The notes beneath the pieces were generated by a model, which was not told the DNA's origin, did not search any database, and saw nothing but the letters and a program-made list of their open reading frames with translations. Positions 52,966-59,732 of a stretch of DNA of 59,732 nt are shown here, one piece after another (the first letter of the stretch is position 1; each line of letters begins with the position of its first letter). The DNA comes from Clostridia bacterium (lineage in GTDB: Bacteria > Bacillota > Clostridia > Christensenellales > Borkfalkiaceae). The DNA lies in contig JAFTKR010000018.1 in the NCBI GenBank assembly GCA_017453165.1, forward strand, positions 1-59,732, in the 5' to 3' direction. Position numbers and translations under genes: made by a program.

Positions 52966-54360
52966 ATGGTGGAAGAAGTACAGAAAGAAGAAAACGTCGC
53001 GGAAACGGTAGAAAAAGAGAATAAGATGGGGGTTATGCCCGTCAATAAACTTTTGATTCGCATGGGAGTTCCTATGATGATTTCCATGCTCGTGCAAGCG
53101 CTTTATAATATTGTAGACAGTATTTTCGTAGCGAAACTCGGACAGGACGCGTTCAACGCGGTGTCCTTTTCCTTTCCCGTACAAAATATTTTGATTGCGA
53201 TTGCGTCGGGTACGGGTGTGGGGATGAACGCGCTCATTTCCCGCGCGCTTGGTGAGAAGAACGGAGAAAAAGCAAACGGGTTTGCTATGCACGGCTTATT
53301 TTTAGCGATTTGCAGTTCCTTTTTTGTGATGTTTTTCGGGATTTTCGGCTCGGAAATATTCTTCCGTTCGCAAACGACGAACGAATCGATTATTCAAATG
53401 GGTACGGAATATACGAGTATTTGCTGTATCTTCTCGTTCGGGGTGTTGATGCAGGTAATCTTTGAACGACTTTTGCAAAGTACGGGCAAGACGACGCTCT
53501 CCATGATCACCCAAAGCGTCGGCGCGATTATCAATATCATTTTCGATCCGATTTTGATTTTCGGACTTTTGGGTTTTCCGAAAATGGGGGTAGCAGGTGC
53601 GGCGATTGCGACTGTTTTAGGACAAATCGTAGCTTGCGTGGTGGGATTGATTTTGAACGTGAAATATAACAGGGAATTGACCTTCCGTTTGAAGGGATTC
53701 CGTATCCAAGGGAGTATGATTAAGGAGATTTATCGGATTGGATTCCCGTCGATTATTATGCAGTCGATCGGATCGGTGATGACCTATATGATGAACCGTT
53801 TGCTTTCGGATATCGAACCGACGGAAACGGCGGCCGCGGTATTCGGCGCGTATTTTAAATTGCAAAGTTTCGTAATCATGCCCGTGTTTGGACTTGGCAA
53901 CGCCATGACGCCCATCGTTGCGTACAACCTTGGCGCAAGAAAGAAAGCCAGACTTTTACAAACCTATCGTTTGTCCGTTGGGTACGCGGTAATCATTATG
54001 ACGGTGGGGGCGATCCTGATGATCTTTGCGCCGAAACTCTTGCTGGGGCTTTTCTCCGCGACGGACGAAATGCTCGAAATGGGCGCGTCGGCGTTTAGAA
54101 TTATTGCCGTGACGCTTATACTTGCAAGTGTGGGAATTATGACGAGTAACCTGTTCCAAGCCTGTGGAAAGAGCGTCTATTCCCTGCTCATGAGCCTTTG
54201 TAGACAGCTTTTAGTGCTTATTCCCCTTGCCTATTTATTTGGTTACACGATCGGTTACAAAGCGGTATGGTTTGCAATCCCCTTAGCGGAAGTGGGTTCT
54301 CTTGCCGTTGCTGTTTTTGGTTATAAGGCGTTGAAAAAGAAGGTATTATCGACGTTGTAA
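52966..54360 (+). CDS. MATE-family efflux transporter
   Basis: The ATG at 52966 has SD AGGAG. It has 12 TM helices and an N-terminal MATE signature (PMMISMLVQALYNIVDSIFV). Confidence 0.88.
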   Translation: MVEEVQKEENVAETVEKENKMGVMPVNKLLIRMGVPMMISMLVQALYNIVDSIFVAKLGQDAFNAVSFSFPVQNILIAIASGTGVGMNALISRALGEKNGEKANGFAMHGLFLAICSSFFVMFFGIFGSEIFFRSQTTNESIIQMGTEYTSICCIFSFGVLMQVIFERLLQSTGKTTLSMITQSVGAIINIIFDPILIFGLLGFPKMGVAGAAIATVLGQIVACVVGLILNVKYNRELTFRLKGFRIQGSMIKEIYRIGFPSIIMQSIGSVMTYMMNRLLSDIEPTETAAAVFGAYFKLQSFVIMPVFGLGNAMTPIVAYNLGARKKARLLQTYRLSVGYAVIIMTVGAILMIFAPKLLLGLFSATDEMLEMGASAFRIIAVTLILASVGIMTSNLFQACGKSVYSLLMSLCRQLLVLIPLAYLFGYTIGYKAVWFAIPLAEVGSLAVAVFGYKALKKKVLSTL

Positions 54361-54366
54361 AAACAG

Positions 54367-54636
54367 TAAAACGCGTATATACTTCGCAAAAGTTCGTCGA
54401 ACTTACGTTTTCCCTAGCTCGTTTACGCATAGTAAACTCCCGTCGGGAAATCCGCGTTCTCCTGCTTTTGCTCGTATCTCCGCGTTTTACTTCGGGATAA
54501 CGACTTGGGGAAAATACTCGTCGCGCCTTGAACTGCTCGCATCTACGCGTTTTACCTGCGTTGAACGGCTTAGTGATAGGTTCGTCAAACTTGCGGTTTT
54601 CTCTTGCTCGTTTACGCATAGTACGGTAAGTCAAGC
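54367..54636 (+). repeat. Modular 3'-end repeat element, copy R6 (after the MATE gene)
   Basis: The head TAAAACGCGTATATAC starts 7 nt after the stop. The first unit, 54367..54489, ends GTATCTCCGCGTTTTA. A second partial unit ends GCATCTACGCGTTTTA. Confidence 0.9.
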
Positions 54637-54676
54637 AATTTTAAAAAAGAATAAGTTACAAGAGAATAACAACTTA

Positions 54677-54716
54677 AAAAGGAGTGGGAAGTTTTCCGCT
54701 CCTTTTCGTATTTTTG
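54677..54716 (+). terminator. Intrinsic terminator downstream of repeat R6
   Basis: The stem is AAAAGGAGTGG / CCGCTCCTTTT (one G.U pair), followed by CGTATTTTT. Confidence 0.65.
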
Positions 54717-54877
54717 GGAAGGAGTAAGGCATACTAAAAAGGAATGAGAGAAAGGGGAAGGGGCGCGATTTTGTCGATTTTAGGCGATTTTCGCAAAAAG
54801 GTGGCTTCCCTTTTGTGGTAATTTTGTGAAGCTTTGTTAAATATTTAAAAAATGCAATGGAAACACAATCGAAACGC

Positions 54878-54906
54878 TTGAAAATTACGCATAATTATGT
54901 TAAAAT
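54878..54906 (+). promoter_or_regulatory. Sigma-A-type promoter of ftsH
   Basis: TTGAAA, 17 nt spacer, TAAAAT. Confidence 0.5.
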
Positions 54907-54951
54907 AAAACGGTAATGAAATTGGAAGAAATTTCCTAAAGGAGTAAAACT

Positions 54952-56892
54952 TTGAACAAAAAATCTAAAACAATACTTTGGATCGTATTGGGGCTAATCG
55001 GTTTAGCCGTCATTGCGATATTGTTTTCCGAAATCATGAATACTACGCAAACTTTGAGTTTTTCGGAATTCATGGTAAAATTGCAAGGCGGAGAAATCGT
55101 TAAAATTTACGTAGACGCGTATAATTGGACGGGGTACACCCAAAACGGCGCGAACGTTTACGAAACGGTTGCGCCCAGCATCTATTCCATGGCGGATATG
55201 TTGGCGCTCGTTGCGTATTTGAATAATTTGCCTACCCCCGTATCGATCGATTATACTTTTGCCGATCCCAACGCAGGTAGCATTTGGTCGAGCTTGTTCC
55301 CCCTTCTTGGCGTCGTCTTGGTTGCCGTGATTTTCTGGTGGATCATGCGTTCGTCGATGGGCGGAAACTCGAAAGCGATGAGCATTGGCAAGACCAAAGC
55401 GCACGTACAAAGCAATTTGAAAGTCCGTTTTGCGGACGTTGCAGGCGCGGAAGAAGAAAAGGAAGAATTGCAAGAAGTCGTTGAGTTCTTGAAAAATCCG
55501 AAAAAGTTCTCCGATCTCGGCGCAAGAATCCCCCGTGGCGTACTTTTAGTAGGCCCTCCGGGAACGGGTAAAACGTTGTTCGCAAAAGCGGTTGCGGGCG
55601 AAGCAGGCGTGCCTTTCTTCTCCGTATCCGGTTCGGATTTCGTGGAAATGTACGTCGGCGTCGGCGCGTCCCGTGTCCGCGATTTGTTCGACGTTGCGAA
55701 AAAGAACCAACCCTGTATCATCTTTATCGACGAAATTGACGCCGTAGGCCGTCGTCGTGGCGCAGGACTTGGCGGTGGTCACGACGAACGTGAACAAACC
55801 TTGAACCAAATTCTCGTCCAGATGGACGGTTTTGAAACGAACGAAGGGATTATCGTCATGGCGGCGACGAACCGTGTTGATATTCTCGATCCTGCCCTTC
55901 TTCGTCCCGGTCGTTTCGATCGACAAATTCAAGTTAATCTTCCCGACGTAAAGGGCCGTGAACAAATCTTGAAAGTGCATGCAAGAAACAAACCCCTTGC
56001 CCCCGACGTCAACTTCAAAACGGTGGCGCGGATTACGGCAGGTTTCTCGGGCGCGGATCTTGCTAACCTTTTGAACGAAGCGGCAATCCTTGCGGCGCGC
56101 GCAGGCAAGAAACTTATCGGCAATATCGAGCTTTACGACGGTATCAATAAGGTATTGATGGGCCCGCAGAAAAAGAGCCGTGTCGTCACGGAATCGGATA
56201 AGCGTTGTACCGCTTACCACGAAGCAGGTCACGCCGTACTCGCTTGTCTTTGCAAGCATTGCGATCCCGTTCACGAAGTTTCCATCATTCCTCGCGGTAG
56301 GGCGGCAGGCTATACCATGACTCGTCCCGACAATGACGACAACGACGTTTCCTACAATAAATTGGTGGATAATATTTGTATGTCGCTCGGTGGTAGAGTT
56401 GCGGAAGAATTGGTAATTCAAGACGTTACGACGGGCGCGAGCGCCGACTTGCAACACGTTTCGTCCATTGCGCGTAGAATGGTTACGCAATGGGGTATGA
56501 GCGATAAGTTGGGACTCGTTGCGTACGATTCCGATCAACCCGTGTTCATGGGTATGGAATACGGACACAGTTCTTCAAACTATTCCGAGCAAACGGCGGC
56601 GACGATCGACGAAGAAATTCGTACGCTCATTAAGACGGCGCATACGAGAGCGACCGAGCTTTTGAAAGAAAATCGCAGTATTTTGGATAATATGTCTCGC
56701 GTGCTTGTAGAAAAGGAAACCATCTACACCGAAGAAGTCGATATGCTTATGAAAGGCGCGGATTACAAAGAAGTAATTGCGTTTATGGATTCGCAAGACG
56801 GTACTCGTCGTACGAACCCGTTTGAAGCAATGACGAGATCTTCTTCTTCCGAACCTACGGTGGAAGAACCCAGCGAAACGAAAAACGACTAA
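54952..56892 (+). CDS. ftsH: ATP-dependent zinc metalloprotease FtsH
   Basis: The start is TTG with SD GGAG. It has two TM helices, Walker A (GPPGTGKT), the SRH region and the zinc motif HEAGHA. Confidence 0.97.
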   Translation: MNKKSKTILWIVLGLIGLAVIAILFSEIMNTTQTLSFSEFMVKLQGGEIVKIYVDAYNWTGYTQNGANVYETVAPSIYSMADMLALVAYLNNLPTPVSIDYTFADPNAGSIWSSLFPLLGVVLVAVIFWWIMRSSMGGNSKAMSIGKTKAHVQSNLKVRFADVAGAEEEKEELQEVVEFLKNPKKFSDLGARIPRGVLLVGPPGTGKTLFAKAVAGEAGVPFFSVSGSDFVEMYVGVGASRVRDLFDVAKKNQPCIIFIDEIDAVGRRRGAGLGGGHDEREQTLNQILVQMDGFETNEGIIVMAATNRVDILDPALLRPGRFDRQIQVNLPDVKGREQILKVHARNKPLAPDVNFKTVARITAGFSGADLANLLNEAAILAARAGKKLIGNIELYDGINKVLMGPQKKSRVVTESDKRCTAYHEAGHAVLACLCKHCDPVHEVSIIPRGRAAGYTMTRPDNDDNDVSYNKLVDNICMSLGGRVAEELVIQDVTTGASADLQHVSSIARRMVTQWGMSDKLGLVAYDSDQPVFMGMEYGHSSSNYSEQTAATIDEEIRTLIKTAHTRATELLKENRSILDNMSRVLVEKETIYTEEVDMLMKGADYKEVIAFMDSQDGTRRTNPFEAMTRSSSSEPTVEEPSETKND

Positions 56893-56906
56893 AACAACGT
56901 AAAAGA

Positions 56907-56938
56907 ACGAAGTCGCCCTACGGCGACTTCGTTTGTAT
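56907..56938 (+). terminator. Intrinsic terminator after ftsH
   Basis: The stem is ACGAAGTCGCC / GGCGACTTCGT with loop CTAC, followed by TTGTAT. Confidence 0.7.
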
Positions 56939-56948
56939 AGGAGCAGGT

Positions 56949-57773
56949 ATGAAGAGAAGGAGAGTTTGGAACGCGGTTTGCGAAGAAAGAACGGTTCGTG
57001 TTGCGCTCGTGGATACGGAAAAGAGTGTTTCGGCGTATAAGAAGGATAAATTGGCTGAACGCGCGGCGTATTTTTTGATTGACGGCGTACCCGTGTTCGC
57101 GTTGAACAAAGAAGGTACGCGTTATCGGTTGTTGGCGTCGGAAGCGGATTTTCTTGCTGCGAAGTCGGCAGGAATCACGGAAATCAAAGCCAAAGTCTAC
57201 GAATTCACCGAAAAGGATGCGGAGATCTTTTCCATCTTAACAAAGCTCAAAGATCCGACGCTCGGCGCGATGGAAGAAGCGTATCTTTACGAACGGCTTT
57301 GCAAAGAATTTCATTTTAAACAGGAAGACGTGGCGTCGCTCGTTGGAAAATCCCGTCCTGCGATTGCGAATACTATGCGACTTTTAAGTTTAGAACCGGA
57401 AGTCGTGGGGTTGATTGAAAGCGGAAAACTGTCGGCAGGTCACGCGCGTACGCTCGTCAAAGTTCCCAAAGACAAACAGTTCGCGTTCGCGTCGGAAGGG
57501 ATTAAGCGCGGATATTCGGTACGGGAGATGGAGCGCGCGGTTAAAGCGTTCTTGACGCCACCAGAAGTCATCAACCGAAAAAAACAGGAAGAAAAACAGG
57601 AAAAGAGCGCGGAGTTAAAGGCGTTCGTAGAGCGTATGCGAAAGGTGTATCGGACGAAAGTTTCTTTGATCGGCAACGGCTCGAAAGGTCGAATTTATAT
57701 CGACTATTACAGCGCGGAAGATTTGTATCGGTTTGAAGAATTGCTTGATATCGTTGAGAAATTTGAAGATTAA
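56949..57773 (+). CDS. ParB/Spo0J/Noc-family protein with a degenerate arginine patch
   Basis: It has the HTH GKSRPAIANTMRLLSL, SAGHARTL, and a C-terminal dimerisation region (GRIYIDYYSAEDLYRFEELL) collinear with Spo0J. The box II position reads LLASEADFLAAKSAG instead of GERRxRAAKLAG. Confidence 0.8.
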   Translation: MKRRRVWNAVCEERTVRVALVDTEKSVSAYKKDKLAERAAYFLIDGVPVFALNKEGTRYRLLASEADFLAAKSAGITEIKAKVYEFTEKDAEIFSILTKLKDPTLGAMEEAYLYERLCKEFHFKQEDVASLVGKSRPAIANTMRLLSLEPEVVGLIESGKLSAGHARTLVKVPKDKQFAFASEGIKRGYSVREMERAVKAFLTPPEVINRKKQEEKQEKSAELKAFVERMRKVYRTKVSLIGNGSKGRIYIDYYSAEDLYRFEELLDIVEKFED

Positions 57774-57779
57774 GAAAAA

Positions 57780-57812
57780 GGGCTAACGAAAATTCGTTAG
57801 CCCAAATTTTTT
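57780..57812 (+). terminator. Intrinsic terminator after the ParB-like gene
   Basis: The stem is GGGCTAACGAA / TTCGTTAGCCC, followed by AAATTTTTT. Confidence 0.75.
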
Positions 57813-57963
57813 GTCGTATAATGAAGTTTTTAAAATCTTCGTTCGTAAATTTCTTCCGCGATTTGATAAAAATTTTCCCTTTTTTCACAGTACATATTAT
57901 ACAATAAAAGAAAACTCGACTTATGTAAAGCCGAGTTTCTATCACGTTCAATTTTGTCGTATA

Positions 57964-58209
57964 TTACTTAATTACTTTCAAAGCAAGAAGAATGGAAACG
58001 ACGATTCCGCCGACAACGTAAATATCAACGATAATACCTACGATACGAAGCGCCCAGCCAACCAACGTTCCAACGGCGGGAATCCAACCGGTGAGCAAAC
58101 CTGCAAAACCAATCAAAAGGGATGCTACGATTGCCGTCACGATATAAATGATAAGCGATACGAGCAAGGACTTTTGATAAGAATAAGGAAAAAGTTTCTT
58201 CAAATCCAT
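57964..58209 (-). CDS. Small hypothetical membrane protein (81 aa, 2-3 TM helices)
   Basis: The ATG at 58209 has SD GGAGG 8 nt upstream. The protein is strongly hydrophobic and Gly/Ile/Val-rich. Confidence 0.55.
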   Translation of the reverse strand: MDLKKLFPYSYQKSLLVSLIIYIVTAIVASLLIGFAGLLTGWIPAVGTLVGWALRIVGIIVDIYVVGGIVVSILLALKVIK

Positions 58210-58239
58210 TGTCAAGACCTCCTTTTTTAGTCTATGGAT

Positions 58240-58268
58240 ATTATACTATAATTTGTAGCTTTTGTCAA
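58240..58268 (-). promoter_or_regulatory. Consensus sigma-A promoter of the 81-aa membrane protein gene
   Basis: On the minus strand: TTGACA, 17 nt spacer, TATAAT. Confidence 0.55.
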
Positions 58269-58333
58269 TAATTCTACGGAAAAAGTTTTTTCCGTAAAAG
58301 AGTTATCTTGTTTGTTTTTGTCGAAAAACAAGA

Positions 58334-58570
58334 TTATTCGTCTTTATTGGACGAATTTTCTTGGGGATGGAAAAAATCGGGTTCGTCCAAGCTTCGTCCT
58401 TTCGCCAACTCTTGGCGTTTTTTACAAATTATCATCAAAAGATAGAAAAGTCCTGCGGCGAACACGGCGAGAAACGCCCACGTGAATCCGAAGATTGCGC
58501 CGATTGGCAAGATTCCCGCGATACAAATTGCCGAAAGAATGGTAAAGATAATTTGAAGTTTTTTGATCAT
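58334..58570 (-). CDS. Small hypothetical membrane protein (78 aa, 2 TM helices)
   Basis: The ATG at 58570 has SD AGGAG 10 nt upstream. It has two TM helices and a charged C-terminal tail. Confidence 0.5.
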   Translation of the reverse strand: MIKKLQIIFTILSAICIAGILPIGAIFGFTWAFLAVFAAGLFYLLMIICKKRQELAKGRSLDEPDFFHPQENSSNKDE

Positions 58571-58703
58571 TTCCCATAAACTCCTAAAATAGTATATGAC
58601 TATTTTACTCTTTTTGCTCAAAAAAGTCAAGTAAACGATCTTGCGATTGTCGAATTATTATATTAATATATATAAATATGTCGCGCGCGCGTAAATCGAA
58701 CGG

Positions 58704-58732
58704 TTGACATTTTCAACGAAAAGAGGTATACT
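58704..58732 (+). promoter_or_regulatory. Sigma-A-type promoter of the PHP-domain gene
   Basis: TTGACA, 17 nt spacer, TATACT. Confidence 0.55.
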
Positions 58733-58785
58733 ATAATCCGACGTTTTATAGGAGTTTCAAAAATGGAAGATTTTTAAGAATTGAT

Positions 58786-59484
58786 ATGCACGTGCATACG
58801 AAAGGGGTGAGTAAGTGTTCTTGCGTCAGCGTGGAAGAAGCGGTGGACTTGAAGATGGCGGACGGTTACGACGGTTTCGTCTTGACCAATCACTGCCAAT
58901 CGTTTTACTATCCCGAACGTGAGCACGGAAAATATATCGAAAGAGTGATCGACGAATATAAACGCGCGAAAGACTACGGCATGTTGAAAGGATTTAAGGT
59001 CTTTTTGGGATTGGAAGTTTCCATTCACGATCCTTTTTATTCCGATTGGCTTTTGTACGGCGCGACGGAAGAATTTTTAAGAGATACGCCCTGTCTTTAT
59101 AAGCTCAACCAACGCGAACTTTATAAAGTTTGTCAAGACGGCGGAGTGTTGCTCGTACAGGCGCACGCCTACCGTTCAAATTTGACCTATTGCGACGATA
59201 TGCGCCCCGGGTATCCCGATTCGCTCGACGGGCTAGAGATCAACTGCACGCCAAGAGATTTTGATACGAGAGAAAAAATCTTGGCGACTGCGAAAGAGAT
59301 GGGCAAGTTCGTCGTTTGCGGTACCGACTATCACGCGCCGGACGGTAGGGTGAAAGGGGGAACTTTTTTGCCGAGAACCCTTCGCACTGCGAAAGAAATT
59401 GCCGATTATCTTCGCAAAATAGAAAAAACGGAGTTGTTTTTTGGAAAAGAGAATATTTCCGTAAAAACGTTTTTAAAAAATTAA
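58786..59484 (+). CDS. PHP-domain metal-dependent phosphoesterase (N-terminus possibly disrupted; see findings)
   Basis: The sequence starts MHVHTKG. It has the HxH motif, later His/Asp ligand positions (LVQAHAYR; GTDYHAP), and a PHP-fold length. Confidence 0.7.
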   Translation: MHVHTKGVSKCSCVSVEEAVDLKMADGYDGFVLTNHCQSFYYPEREHGKYIERVIDEYKRAKDYGMLKGFKVFLGLEVSIHDPFYSDWLLYGATEEFLRDTPCLYKLNQRELYKVCQDGGVLLVQAHAYRSNLTYCDDMRPGYPDSLDGLEINCTPRDFDTREKILATAKEMGKFVVCGTDYHAPDGRVKGGTFLPRTLRTAKEIADYLRKIEKTELFFGKENISVKTFLKN

Positions 59485-59503
59485 AAAAAGAGTGAAAAAA
59501 CAG

Positions 59504-59532
59504 TTGACAATAAAAAGCGGATGTGGTAATAT
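59504..59532 (+). promoter_or_regulatory. Strong promoter P1 (candidate rRNA-operon promoter)
   Basis: TTGACA, 17 nt spacer ending in TGG, TAATAT. No ORF follows before the window ends. Confidence 0.5.
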
Positions 59533-59616
59533 ATACAGGCTGTCCGCAAGAAGAGGCAAGAATTTAGAAAAACTTGTAAAAAAATAAAAAATTTTCAAAA
59601 AAGTTTGAAAAAATGC

Positions 59617-59646
59617 TTGACAAAGGTAAAGGGATTGTGGTATTAT
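59617..59646 (+). promoter_or_regulatory. Strong promoter P2 (candidate rRNA-operon promoter)
   Basis: TTGACA, 18 nt spacer ending in TGG, TATTAT. It lies 113 nt downstream of P1. Confidence 0.5.
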
Positions 59647-59732
59647 AGACAAGCTCTCGCCGAGGAAGGCGGCAGTACCGAGCTGAAGCTTGGTAAAAAG
59701 CAGATTAAAAATGGAATAAGAAAGAAATGAGA

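Overview
This window is a chromosomal, origin-proximal segment of an endospore-forming Bacillota (Clostridia-like) genome. It holds about 57 protein genes, almost all housekeeping.

Conserved blocks recognised:
- yabB-like methyltransferase + rsmI
- gerA-type germinant receptor operon (A-B-C)
- spoIVFA-spoIVFB-rng-rplU-rpmA
- NCS2 permease
- Lrp + aminotransferase
- greA-lysS
- yaaO-like decarboxylase + tmk
- rqcH
- tig-clpP-clpX
- plsC
- lon-engB
- Wzz/BY-kinase pair
- holB-ricT
- rsmG
- a DnaA-box/AT-rich oriC-like region followed by a SLOG/DUF1273 gene, dnaN, and rpmH-rnpA-yidD-yidC-jag
- a QueT-IMPase fusion
- yyaC, cvpA, a MATE pump, ftsH, a ParB-like gene
- two consensus promoters at the right edge, probably rRNA promoters

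I found no rRNA, tRNA, CRISPR array, transposase or recognisable defence system.

The unusual content is mostly non-coding:
1. A modular repeat family of ~120-140 nt units with complementary termini sits at seven loci. Each full copy abuts or overlaps the stop codon of the upstream gene. Two near-identical inverted copies bracket the 4.2 kb rsmG-oriC-dnaN-rpmH-rnpA-yidD block.
2. A short over-represented motif, GTTCAACGCGTAC(C/A)TG / CTCGTACCTGCCCCC, occurs at least 14 times. It often follows stop codons and is sometimes in-frame inside genes.
3. The origin region has no dnaA gene. dnaN is co-directional with rpmH, and a second DnaA-box cluster lies 10 kb away.

Smaller oddities:
- an L27 propeptide without a prp gene between rplU and rpmA
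- a ParB-like protein with a degenerate arginine patch
- a QueT-IMPase fusion with a possible preQ1 riboswitch
- a PHP gene whose N-terminus is interrupted at a T5 run
- a possibly leaderless holB

All protein calls come from motif and synteny recognition by eye. No database search was run.
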